Shown: piece after piece, positions 12,784-25,057 of the stretch
Position numbering within the stretch: position 1 is the stretch's first letter
How the letters are laid out: each line of letters begins with the position of its first letter
Assembly (NCBI GenBank): GCA_951406725.2
Contig: OX597816.1
Span: 177,940,001 to 178,004,000 of the forward strand
Length of the DNA stretch: 64,000 nt
Origin: Octopus vulgaris
Taxonomy: Eukaryota
Reading direction: 5' to 3'
The notes under the pieces: model-generated
Told to the model about the DNA's origin: nothing
What the model saw: only the letters and a program-made list of their open reading frames with translations
Databases searched by the model: none
Made by a program: the position numbers and the translations under genes

Positions 12784-13878
12784 TTAAAACAAAAGCAAAG
12801 CAAGGGTTCTACTTACTCTTTGACTTTTCTTTAATTGGTGATGCTGGGGCTGACCTCACCACACGTGAGGCAGTCCTTTCCTCCTGCTCCTTCAAATACC
12901 GTGGAAGGTCCGGGATGTTCGTGATGGCTCTCGGATGCCTACCCTTCATTTCATTATACAGTTTTTCTGGTATCCAGGCACATCTCTCTTCCGTGCCTTC
13001 AGACTGCTGCAACAGCTCCACGGTGTGATGTTTCTTTAATGTGTCCATGATTTATTTATCCCTGGTATCAAATTTTACCAGGGTTTTCCGTCTTTGTTCT
13101 GTTTTATTTTCTCTTCTGAGACAGTGGAGCGGGATCTTTTTTTTTTTCTGTGGTGTGCTGTTTTTCTTCTTTTTTCTTTGTGGGGGATATGATTAGGGAA
13201 GGTGCACGTGTTCTCTTTTTCTGGGTGTCTTGAACTCCCCTTCGGTCACCTCCATGGTGTCTTCCAGAGGAGTTGTTACTTCAGAGGGGGTGGGTGCATT
13301 TGTTTCGGTCGGCACCAGTGTGTGCATGGCCTGGGATTTTTGGGTGTTTTATTTGGGAGTGGGTGCCACAGATGGTGGGGTGGGAGTATTTGTTTCTGTA
13401 GGGGTTAATTTGTGTGCGGGTTTGGGGTCTTTTTCTGTAGTTGGAGGGCCTGATGTCTGCGCACTTATTATTTTTTTCCATATTTCACAGTCTACGCAAA
13501 TGTTGCCTTTTTGCCACATTCGAAACACGTGGGTTTTTTGCCCTCTACTCGAACCTTGAGGGCAATATCTTCCCCCAAGAGCATTCTTTCTGGCAGCATT
13601 TCGATGTCTTCTTGTGTTCCCCGAATAATCGCAGTGATGCTCTGCCCTTGCCAATTTTGTGGGGCAGTGCATGTGATTTGGAGGAAGGTGATTTTGTCCG
13701 TTCTGTTATACAACAGGGCGGCTATCACCTCCCTTGCCTCAATTTCTGGTGGTACTTCATTTATTCTGACGCGTGCTGTTTTCCTTCCCGTGTATGCTGG
13801 GAGCAGCATCATCTCCTTCGTTTTCAGAGGACTCACTGAGTGCTCTTGGGCTTTTTCAGTCATCTCAAATCTGGCCTC

Positions 13879-14318
13879 GGATCTTTTCGGTTTGAACGGC
13901 AGTTTTTAACACAATTTCTCGGTAACTAAAAAATTTTAAACTTCGTATACTGGTAGAATGTGTTTATAAAACATCTTTTTCTCTTGGCTTTATTGAGAAA
14001 ATTTTATAGTTTATAAGCTATTTGCTGTTTTTTTTCTTCAATTTCTGAAATTTCAACCAATCGATGACGTTAAAAAACATTCTGTGCCGTATGAATATGT
14101 CCCTCATTTAAGAAACAGATTAGGTTTATTTACATTTGTGAAGAAAAAAAGATACCCTTCCCCCCACCCCTAACCCTAACCCTAGCCCTAACTAACCCTA
14201 ACTAACCCTAAGCCTAAAACAGATTGAAATGCAATAGATCGATACTAGGGTCATAATTATGGGTGACAATTTCATATGACACCGCTAGAAAAAACTGCCG
14301 TTCAAACCGAAAAGATCC
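13879..14318. mobile_element. Non-autonomous DNA transposon (MITE) inserted in unit A ORF1
   Basis: ~29-bp TIRs GGATCTTTTCGGTTTGAACGGCAGTTTTT. 8-bp TSD CTGGCCTC (13871-13878) and CTGGCTTC (14319-14326). Internal (CCCTAA)n-like tract at ~14168-14215. Confidence 0.88.
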
Positions 14319-15317
14319 CTGGCTTCTATTGTTCCGTATGCTCGGCCCCTCGCTATGTATTTTATATATTTCTATATGGGGGCCAGGCATTTTTCTGTTT
14401 CGCACTTTTCGAAGTGCTTGAATTTTTTCGATGAAAGACAGTACATTAAGTAAACGAATGTCCTTTTCTTCATATTTTCAATACTAAGGGAGGGTGAGAT
14501 CTTTATATTCCACCCTCCTCTTTCATTCTCTCAAAAAGCTCGGAGAGCTTCTCCGTTTCTATTACAACATTTTTACACTAAACAGCGGCTACTGCCGCGA
14601 ACATTTTTGCTGGCTCATGCAGCTGGTTTGTTTCTTGAATTATTTCGACCGACATATATCGTTCGAAATAAATTATACACAATTTAATCCCATAAAATGG
14701 GAAACCTGTAATTTTTTACTTTTATCTTCTCTCAACGAGGACAACAGTTCCAATCCCACCCCTGTTGGGGGGACGAGACGTAGCAACAAAGCCTACAACG
14801 TTCGAATTTTTTTTCACACAATAATAAAAATACAGAATCAAAAAAAAAACGGGAAACCTATAATATTTTTTCCCCCTCACATCGAGGACAACAGTTCAAA
14901 TCTCGCCCACGCTAGGGGTGGATGCCACAATAGAGCCTACAACGGCTGAAATTTAATTTTTCACGCAATAATAAATTGCTTATCCCAAAAAACGGAAAAC
15001 CTATAATATGTTTTCCTCTTAATGAGGATAACAGTTCAAATCCCACCCCCGATGGGGGGGGGGGGGGCAATAAAGCCTACAACAGCTTTAATAAGTTCAA
15101 TATTAATAATATTAATAATTTCAATATTTGAACAATTACTTTCTCCCGTCACCGGGGAAAAGCACAAATATTTTCAAAGTTCAACAATGTTCAACAGTTC
15201 AAAAATATTCAACAATAAACAACAATTCCAATAGAAAAATTATTCAACGCTCAACAAAACGTTTGACTCACCGCCAAAAAACACGTCTATCCACGACAGA
15301 GGTAAGCGAGCTACTTT

Positions 15318-18300
15318 ACAAACATATAGGTGAAGCAGCTTAAAACGTTTTAAAAATTAATATGATGGGTACAAATTTCAATGAAAGTTTACAAATTTAA
15401 TGTTACATAGTAGGGCAAGGAACTCATCCATCTGGGTAGAACCTTTACTTCTTGATCTGGCCACGCATACTTGGTGCCAAACATACCCAGCTTACAAGTT
15501 ACAGGCTTCCATCTTTTCACAAACATATCTTGTGACAGACACCTCTTCTCCAGCCTGATCTTACTACCGAGATGGTAACTAAAAAAGTTAACCAACCCCT
15601 GGCCGGATATAAAGGTACCTGTCACTATACCTTTCGGACGCATCTTCCATACTGTTTCTTTCAGTATGGCAACTACGCAGGAAAATCAAGCCTTTCTTTC
15701 CCCGCTGAGGAAAGCAGGTGGCATAATCTCGACGATAGACTCTGCTAATAGCTGTACTCTTCCACTCACTGACAACAGTTGTTCGGCAAAAGCAATCAGT
15801 CCCGATAACTCCGGGCACTCCACGAATGCGTGCAAGACGATTTCCCTATACCGCACACATCGCGGACATGTCGGCGAGACGGCACTTCCGTGCCTTGACA
15901 GCTTGTCGCGAACAGGTAACGCCGCACGGAAACACTGCCAGGCCAGGGATTTCTGGTAATTAACGTTCTCGGAACAGGTTGACCAACCGATTTTCATCGT
16001 AGCCCAGGGTCTCCCCCAAGACGTCTTCTGATATAAATTTCACTAACCGGCTATAGAAATCCGCGGTAGAACTCCTGTTTAGGTCTCCGCTTGATCCATG
16101 CACCGGTGTCCGTGAAGGATGTTAACTGGGGAAGGTAGAACCGAACGTGCGGTGACCACACCTGCTCTCCATCCAGGTAAAACTAGAGGTGCCTCAACCT
16201 TAATGCGAGTTTTCGCATCTTCAGCCAAGGCATCCCTAGCCCACCCTTTAGCGGTTTCTGGCAACTGACAGAGCGCTTTCCAACTGGCTTTCCTCCTTTC
16301 CACAAAAAGCGGAAAAGGATTCTCTCCAATTTGTTCAGCTACAAATCGGCGCAAGGCACCACAGTCAGACGGTAGGTGATTACTGATGCTATGAACATCT
16401 GCACCACCTCCATCTTCCCTAGCAGGGATAACGTCCGTCCAGCCCAGGTCTGGGTTAGAGCAGTCACCCTGCCGGCCACCTCATTCCAATGTTTCTCTAT
16501 CTGGAGGTCTGGACCAATCCAGACTCCGAGCAGCTTAACAGGACCTTATGTCCAACGCGACGTTATTGGACGGCATCGGCTTGCCCCTCCAGGTGCCGGG
16601 TTGCAAACCGACCGACTTGTCCTTGTGAGCCTTTGCTCCTGCCACCGCCTCGTAACTCTTGATGGCCTCTTCCACCACTGAAAGCTGGCCTTCATCTGCC
16701 ACGATGATGGAGATGTCAACGCGTACGCCGTAGCTCCTCTTACATACAGAAGCGGGGACAGGGGACACCCCTGGCGAACTGAACGCTCGATCCTGAACGG
16801 CTTCGAAAAGAGCCCGTTCACGTTGACAACAGACTCGATCCAACCGCGTAAGGTCGGGCCCAGACCATCCTCCCCGAGGACCGCCGCCAAGTACCGATGG
16901 TCGACCCTACCAAATGCTTTAGACTGGTCTAAATGCACCAGTGCACAATTTTGCGCCTCCCCGACAAGTTTGTCTATGACCCGCGCCAACCTTTTTGCCA
17001 ACACCTTGGCCAAAATCTTTAACTCTGTGTTTAACAGAGTTATGGGCCTAAAGTTACCTATCCCGTCCCCCTTGCGCGTTAATTCTTTATGTTGAATATA
17101 AAGTTTTGTCATCTGACGTGTCACAATAGCTTCGTTGGTGTATCGTTCCGTAGTGTCGTCTTCGACAAGCTTTTCCTCTTTTTCTTCCGGGGCCGTTGGG
17201 CGGGATTTATTTTTTATTGTTTTTTGTGTATTGTTTTGGTTTTTACTCTCTCGGGCGGTGATGTGGATGGGGAAGGTTTTCGTTTTCGAGGTGTTGCAAA
17301 TCCACCCTCTGATACCTCCATGGTATCGTCTGAGAGGTCAACGTCTGTGGGGGCAACACTTTTTGGAGCAGTCGGTGCCACAGCTTACAAGGGGATGGGT
17401 GTTTTTATATTTGTAGGGGCTTGTGCGTGCAGGGGCTGGGTCTTTTTTGTCGTTTGTTTCGGGGCTAGCACCACAACAGGGGGACTGGGAATTTTTTGTC
17501 TGTGGGGATTGGTGTGTTTGCGGGGGTGGTTTTGTTTTGTTATTTGAGTGGCCTGGTGTTTGCGACAACTTTTTTTTTGTTCACAGTCCGCTCGATTGTG
17601 GCCCTTTTTTCCGCATTGGTAACAGGTGGGTTTACGGCCTTCCACCTGTACCCTAAGGGACACATTTTCCCCAAAAGGCACTCTCTCTGGTAGGACCTGA
17701 AGGTCCTCCTGTGTCCCCTGAATCAGGACCGTAATGCTTCGCCCGAGTCAATTCTGGGGGTTGGAGCATGTTATTTGTAAGATTTTTATTTGGTCCGCCA
17801 TATCAAACAACAGGGAGGCCAGCATTTCTCTTGGGCCTATTCAAGCGGTACTTCATTTATTCTTACACTAGATGTTCTTTTCCCCATATACATGAGTAGA
17901 ATTACCACCTCATTTGACTTTAGGGAACACGCGGCGTGCCCACGGGCCACCTCTTCGTCTGCGAAGCGAACCTCGACTGAGCCATATATCCTTCCCATTG
18001 TAATGTACATTATGTCCCTCCGTGTCGGGGACAGGCATTTCTCTATTTTCACTTCTTCGAAGTGTTTAAACCTTCTGTCTTTTGGGCTGAAGGTTTTGAA
18101 CACTACGGTCCGCTTTTCAGTTTCCACCACAGTTGAAGAAGGTGATATTATCACATCACCTCCTTCTTTTTTCATACGTTTAAAATATCCCTGTAGCATA
18201 CCTACAGGCATATCAATGTTTTCGGTTGCCACTGCGGCAACCTCCGAAAACTTTTTTCCATTGTTGACATGACTGCCGACATCATCATTGCTCTTTATAA

Positions 18301-18750
18301 GAGCACACATTTCGTGTATAATTTCAACTGACATGGTTGAAATTAATAACACAAGTAATTAAATTGGTTTCCCACAAACTGGGAAACCTATAAAAATTTT
18401 TTCCTATCAAAGAGGATAGTAATTTTTTTTAATTATGTAATACAGTTCAAATCCCACCCCCATTAGGGGGAGGGCACAGAAAGTCTAAAAGACTGTTACA
18501 ATTCAAAAATGTTATTCACACACGAAGAAAAAAAGCCACAATTGCCAGAGTTCAGAATTTTTGAGAAAGTGTTGAATTATTAAATTATTCCCCGGAAAGA
18601 CCAGGGAATAAAACAGTCCAAAATCGTTCAAATGTAATTCCTTGTTTCAAAGGTAACAAATCCAAAAAGTAATTACAACAAAACAGCAACAATGAAACAA
18701 TAACAACAGCAAAAACTCTTACCACGAGGAAAGACATGTTAACTCTTGTA
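15318..18750 (-). mobile_element. Tx1/L1-clade unit B (ORF1 joined to a partial RT; EN region deleted)
   Basis: ORF1 pieces at 17385-18352 with CYQCGKKGHNRADC. RT pieces FRPITLLN, LDQSKAF, QGCPLSP. C-terminal CPRC..H..C finger (15686-15997). No EN motifs between ~17070 and 17130. Confidence 0.87.
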
Positions 18751-18767
18751 AGGTAAGCGAGCTACTT

Positions 18768-19676
18768 TATTTTATTAAAATTGCCACAAGGGCTGGACAC
18801 AGACAGTAATGGGATGAATGATAATGATACAAGGATGATAAGGGTGGGAGAAGAGAAAAGCGCCCGCCGACTTTCACTTCTCTGAAACATTTTTCCTTTT
18901 TCTTTTTAAATCACATAATGAGGCTATAAACCTCTTACACAGTTCAGTAAATCGACACACACGAGGCAATAATCCCCTTACTTTTTATATAAAAAAACAA
19001 AGTTTTTTTGAGGTAATACACCTCTTACAAAAATGTCCATCAATTCAACTCTTCTGTCCGACCAGGCTACTCGCTTCATTGAAGCACCTGGTCCGTTTCA
19101 AACTTGAACATTTCATCATATATCTGAAGGAGTCCGCCGGGAAGGAGTTCATTATCCTGCACAGATCGGTCTCCCACATGACCTCCGCAGCCACCTGCGA
19201 AGGCCACTCAGGGTCCTCCGTGCAGGACAGAAGCCCCTCCCATCGGCCCTTCCTTTCAATTTTGCCAATTACACTCTGCAATGTCCCTCCCTTTGTGAAA
19301 GAGGACCACAAATTCTTCCTCCAGCGGCACACCTGCCGAAGGAACATGGGGACACGCCGGCAGCGTGTCACAAACCGCCGGCAATGTCCTGTTTTTCTTT
19401 TTTCTTTTACCCTTGGACCGCGGGTAAAAGACAAGAGCGCCCGCCGACCCTCGCTTCTCTAAGACATTGTTCCTTTTTTTTTCAAAATTTCACAAAAATT
19501 TCAAATTTTCTTTTTCAATACAATATAATGTTCAATAAGTCTATGTTACCCGGCCGACCAGCGCTCTTGCCTCAACGAGGCAATCATCGCTGGTCAGGTC
19601 GTGGTCTAGAGGTATAATTTGAAATGGGTCCATCGGGAAGGAATGCTGCCAAAAAACACGTCCGAACACGTCAGAG
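18768..19676 (-). mobile_element. Short non-autonomous Tx1-related unit C
   Basis: Shares the 3' end (TTGCCACA-GGG.., GCGCCCGCCGAC) and the 19120-19250 segment with unit D. Bounded by the junction motif on both sides. Internally duplicated. Confidence 0.75.
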
Positions 19677-19690
19677 GTTAGCGAGCTACT

Positions 19691-21727
19691 TTATTTAATT
19701 TAATTTGCCACAGGGGCAGTACACAGATAGTAGCTACGGTCTGGACATAGACATTAATGAATGATGGTAATGGAATGAAGATGGTGATGGGAGAAGACGA
19801 AAGCGCCCGCCGACTTCCGCTTCTCTAAGACATTGTTCTTTTTTCAATAATTTCACAAAATTTCCAAAATTTCACAAAAATTCCAAATTTTACAAATTAC
19901 AAATTACAAATTCAAAAATTTTTCCAGAGGCAATAAACCTCTATCTCAATATAATACAAAAACAGGTTCACGTTACCCGGCTGATGAACGTTCTTGCTTT
20001 ATTGACGCAATCGTTCTTCGTCAGGCCCCCGCATACAGGTATCAATTGAAAGAGGTCCTCCGGGAAAGAATTCTCGATCCTGCACAGATCTTTATCCAAT
20101 AGGACCTCCGCAGCCAACTGCGAAGGCCACTCGGGATCCTCCATGCAGGACCGAAGACCCTCCCATTAGTTTCTCTTCCTCATTTTACCTATTTCATTTT
20201 CTAATATTCCTCCTTTGTAGAAGAGGATTACATAATATTTCTCCGGCCCCTCAACCGCCGAAGGAGACATGGGAGACGCCGTCTGCGTGTTACAATCCGC
20301 TGGCGGCGTTCCGTTTCTCTTCTTTCTTTTTTTCTTTTTACCGTGGGCCACGGGAGGTTGAGGTTCCGGTGTTGCACACGCCGGGTCCACTCTTTCTCCC
20401 GTAGCTTCCGGGTCTTTTAGTGGGTCACAATTGTTCCCCACTTTTCGTTTTCTCGTTGAGGAAGTCACCGCTTCCTCGTTCTGTTTCTCTCCCTCCATTT
20501 GGGGGGCAGGGAGAGGTTCCGATATCAACTTCTCCAGGATCCTACTTTGGTTCCTGGGGCAGTTCTTCTTAATGTGGCCGGTCTCCAGACACAGGTGACA
20601 CTTGGGGGGGGGGCGTCCCTCAAGCATCACCGGATACCTGGACCCGGCCATCCTCAAAAAGTCCGGAAAAACCAGACTTTTGGCTGACTGGGTCCATAGG
20701 GTCAAAACAGCTGTTGACCCCTCCCAATCAGCCGCAGGCTGTACTTTTACGTTCAGTAGCTTGGAACTGCTACCATCCAAGCCCCGGCGGATAGAGTCCT
20801 CTATCCACTCGGGCTCAACGCCTGGTGGTAAGCCGCAGATCCAAGCTCTCAAAAATTTTGTCCCTTGTAATTAGGGAGGAACAATATGTGTTTGCCCTCA
20901 ATGGGCTGGCTTGCAAATTCGCAAGCTGCTTTAGGGGAGTCAAATAGCAACCAAACCGTTGCGTATCTAACTCCCCGTGCGATATATTTAACGGCTGGCA
21001 TGTAGTCTGCCAGCTCGTTAACAATAGTAGCCTTTGGAAAGACTGCTATGGTGTCGAGCGACTTCGAGTATGTCCTCAGCACCACGGTCTTTTCCTCGAG
21101 CTCATTGAAATATTTTTTGGGAGGTGTCAATTCCCACACAGTGAATTTCTTTGCCATAACGTAAGGTTCAAAAACAGTTCAAAATGTGATAAAATAAGAC
21201 ACAGAAAGGAGAATGAAAAATACAACAGAGGGGAAGAAATGAAATTAGAAATAGCAGTTCAAAAACAGTTCTTTTTTTAAAAAAATAAATGATAGACGGA
21301 GAAAGAGAGTTCAAATCCAGGCAAAGGAATTAATTTTTTCTTTTTTTTTTTTTCACTTTTTTCGGCCAAAACATTGTATTCTAGGCCAAATGTACAACTG
21401 GTAAAACTTCTTGATAAAATAATCCTTGGCACTCCCTGGTAATTCCCGTGGATAACACAAAGACAATTTCAAAAACAATTTTTGCAGAGGAACTACGCCT
21501 CTTCAAAAACACAATTCTCACTGCAAAGTGAGTCTTTACACTCGACAACAGGCAGGAAAAAATGTCTGGAGCAAAGTGTAATCTATTACTTGCTAAAAAT
21601 TATTAAATGCAAAGCAATAAACTTCACTAGGCCCCTAAATAAAATTCAACAAATGCCTACCTGTAGTCGAGTCTCAAAAATTCAACATTTCACGTCGAAG
21701 CACGTGACAACCGGCAGCTGCCAAAAA
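19691..21727 (-). mobile_element. ORF1-only Tx1-related unit D (HAL1-like)
   Basis: ORF1 in two frames (20849-21157 and 20166-20852) with CHLCLETGHIKKNC. Its N-terminus resembles unit A/B ORF1 (EKTVVLRTYS; LFLPNYKG). No EN or RT before the 3' end. Confidence 0.8.
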
Positions 21728-21750
21728 ACCACACAGCCACTCCTGTACCT
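21728..21750 (-). mobile_element. SINE family A 5' head, continuation of the copy broken at 9569
   Basis: ACCACACAGCCACTCCTGTACCT is the sequence that follows GCTACTT in intact copies (compare 31852-31881). Confidence 0.85.
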
Positions 21751-21779
21751 GACTAGGCGGATGAATTCTGAGAACCTTC

Positions 21780-22368
21780 CAAACAATGGACCAGGATACT
21801 ATCTATGCTGGTTCTATGGAGCACATTTATACTGAACTCTCTGGACCACTCTGAATTATGGTCACCCTACAGTGTCAAATTAATCGCAAAACTTGAGGCA
21901 GTTCAGCTGCGTTACACCAGGAAGCTTATGTTAATAGCACAGCTGAGTTACTGTGAGAGAAGAAAGAGTGGTATAAGCATGGAATATCCTTGACGGGCTG
22001 GCTGACACCTCGGTTTGGAATCGAGAGCTACACCAGTCCCTGAACTGGACTTTCTGCCCGATTCCAACGGTCCCATTTGTCCCGTCTAATGTGAGGACCA
22101 TGAACTGTAAGAGCCAACAACTCTGTACTCCCTTGCCAATACATCTGAGTGATCTTCATGGAGTAGCAGTAGATGTTTTCAAGAAACAACTTAACCTCCT
22201 GCTACACAAGATCGGAGATATATCAAGATCTAAGCAGGAGACTCAAAAGAGGGCAGCAGTGTCGAACTCCCTCCTTCACCAAAAGCCAATTACATAAATC
22301 GGCCAAAGGGTGATTGCATTGGTGTTGCACCAGTATGGCCATGCCTTGGGCTGAAACATGTAACAGAA
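21780..22368 (+). mobile_element. Diverged CR1-group 3' fragment
   Basis: LDHSELWSP..KLEAVQLRYTRK and VDVFKKQLNLLL are homologous to 8800-9300. Ends in CAGTATGGCCATGCCTTGGGCTGAAAC. Confidence 0.8.
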
Positions 22369-22387
22369 TACACACACACATACACAT

Positions 22388-23084
22388 ATCTTCAGGTTTT
22401 CACGAAGGTCCGATTTCCATACAGATCTTAAATTGTGGCATGCCGCTCAGGCTTTTCTCCTCCTCTCAACTATATCACCCTCTGTGTTCTCAATCTTTGC
22501 TCCCAGATACAGGAAGTCCTCAACCAACTCTAGTGGCTTCCCTCCTACATTCATAATCTTCTCTCGCTTCCTAGCGTTCTCTACCAAATACTTTGTCTTC
22601 GTTTCATTCCTTTTTAACTCCACACTCACCGGCACAGTCTCCACCTCTTTTACCGCTGTTGTACAGGTCTGAGACTTGGATACTGACCAAGAAACTACCT
22701 CAGATGGTGAATAGGTGCTACACGAAAATGCTGAGGATGGCTTTAAATACTAATCAGTACACACCGAGGATGAAGAACTCAGAGCTGTACAAGAGCCTCC
22801 CAATAGTAAGCTCTAAAATAACAGAGGAAACTGAGGTTAGCTGGACATGTTCGTCGTCACTCAGTGCTCATGTGGGAGCTCCTACACGTACACACTAGAA
22901 GAGGGAGACCGAGGATGACATATGTTGATGCCCTAAGGACAGGCACTGGTGTCTGGGAGACACAGAACATGGCAGCGATGATGAGGAACAAAGACCGCTG
23001 GAGAGAATTCGTCCATGGATCTCGGAAATTTTACCTGCATTATTTTATTTTTAACATTTCAATGCTGTTGCCCTGAAGAAGAAG
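22388..23084. mobile_element. RTE-clade 3' fragment with an inverted 5' portion
   Basis: Minus 22388-22648: KTKYL..VEDFLYLG..RRRKA. Plus 22650-23030: LLYRSETW..CYTKMLRMALN..RGRPRMTYVD..W. (GAA)n tail. Confidence 0.8.
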
Positions 23085-24860
23085 TATAAATAATCCGAGT
23101 TATGAAATATTAACTTTGTTAACGAAATGAGAAGTTCAATCTGAATTTTCTAATCAGCGACGAACTATATTCTTTTGCACCAGGTGTCAAAACATCCATT
23201 TCGCATTTAAAATGTGCCCGGTGTCGAAAATACGCTATCATTTTGTAAATAAAACAAAAGTTAGCTTTCATTAAACTTCTAAGAATACTTAAATCTGTCT
23301 GACGTCTTTAATTGACTCAGTCTGCAGCATTTAAATAACTTCCAATCTTTGTCGAAATCTATTTAAATATTCGTTCATTCGTTATGACAATATTAATGGT
23401 GGATTATTATGATATAGTTATAAATGCTATTAAAGGATTTGTAACGTATTAATTCAAAGTGAAGTAAGTATTAAAACAAAAACAAATAAAATTATCCTAT
23501 TTTCCCTTCAAATGCGAATATCAAAGACTGTTAGCTTCACAAGAATATTTATATGAAAGTGTCGATATATTTTTGTTAGTTTACACAGTCCCGGAGAGTC
23601 GAATGCGAAAGTGAAGTAAGTAGAACTTAGCCACAAAATGCGCTACTGAATGTTTGAGTTGGTTTATTGTGAATCTGAGTGAATTGTTGATGTAAATATT
23701 AAAACATTTTTCATCTCTAGAAATGGGGCAAAAAGTAAAAATAACAGTAACGTATCATTAGCCACATTAAATTATCTACTCCGGTGTTACACTGTCTTGC
23801 CCATCTCTTTTCTGATGGTTCTATAAAAAATCCCAAAGCAAAAATGTTAATCGATACCTTTAAATAGCATTTGTACCGTGGAATGATTCTTAATCTAGAG
23901 CTTTATAAATAAGTTTATAACCATGATCAAAACTTATCACTTCACTTGATAAAGTGTTTAAGTATGACAATGAATATGCATTGGATAGAGAAATCATTGA
24001 TACAGTGTAAAGAAAAACCAGCAGTGTCGTTAAATACTGAAAAGAGAAAGAAAATAGTTTTGATGAATGACATCAATGACCGAGGGAAAAATTGAGAGAT
24101 CAATAAAATAAATGGATGGCATGACACGTAAAAGTGTTTGTGCTACAACGAACAATAACTGGAATATGTTAATCTTGGACGGAATCGAATGATTAGCATA
24201 TTGGGTTTTGTTGTTTTCTCAAGAAGCATGTAATTTATTAACCCGACAACATCGACATCGTTGACAATGATTTAATGTTTTCTTCTAAGCAGAATGTTGT
24301 GTTTCGTACGGAACTTTCTTTGCCGTGACAGCAACTGTAGAAAAGTATACAGTGGAATGGCTTTCTATAACACCTACGAAGAACGATATTAAAATAGAGC
24401 GGAAGTGGAAGGGATAATAGAGGTGAAGTGAAATGGCTACAATCAGAAAGCGAAGCCATATTGTATTGAGTAGACATGACAATGTTTTATGTAGTGGTCG
24501 TTTACTGGGCATTATTCATGGTGAGATTTACACCTTTTGTTTTTTGCAAACACTTTTTCGATGCCCCTCACAACGTAATCCATATACGTAATATCAAAGC
24601 AGAGCAATTTAGTTCCATACTATAGTCTAGTGCAAGTGGCAACTTACCACATCAACCCCTTACTGTTAGTGGTTATTTGACACTTGATTTTCATTGACTG
24701 ACCTAACCTTCAGAACGTGGTTTCTTAGTACTTCATTATGTGCCAGCGAAGTTACTAGTTGAAATATTTACTATTCCGATATATCAGTCGTTATTGTGAT
24801 TGTGGCTAACAATCAGTTTATCATAATACTTTAAAAACGTTAATATCTTAATAGAAGATC

Positions 24861-25057
24861 GGCGGCGAGTTGGCAAAATCGTTAGCACGCTGGGCAAAAT
24901 GCTTAGCGAAATTTCGTCCGCCTTCACGTTCCAAGTTCAAATTCAGCCGAGTCGACTCTGCTTTTCATCCCTTCGGAGTCCATAAGAAGTACCAGTTGTA
25001 ATCAGGTTGCCCCCTCTCTCAAAATTGCTGGCCTTGTGCCAAAATTTGAAACAAATA
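24861..25057 (+). mobile_element. tRNA-derived SINE family B (Meta-domain-like core)
   Basis: GGCGGCGAGTTGGCA head, GTTCAAATT B box, and a diverged GCCTTTCATCCTTTCGGGGTCGATAA..GTACC-type core. Confidence 0.75.

Larger units (their letters stand above)
9570..15300 (-). mobile_element. Tx1/L1-clade retrotransposon, unit A (ORF1, EN, RT; degenerate)
   Basis: ORF1 fragments with zinc knuckle CFECGKK (13492-13863). APE-EN ORF 12106-12783 (LNVRGL, ETKL, IYAP, LGDYNA, SYLDRI, TDH). RT motifs FRPITLLNTELKIL, LDQSKAFDRVDH, GCPLSP. GGLG motif further downstream. AATAAA at the 3' end. Confidence 0.9.

Noticed and set aside
14168-14215. Telomere or chromosome-fusion scar
   Set aside because: Short degenerate tract inside a TIR/TSD-bounded MITE.
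15301-19692. Recurring 16-nt motif separated by unique sequence, superficially CRISPR-like
   Set aside because: The spacers are kilobase retroelements, the context is eukaryotic, and no cas genes are present.
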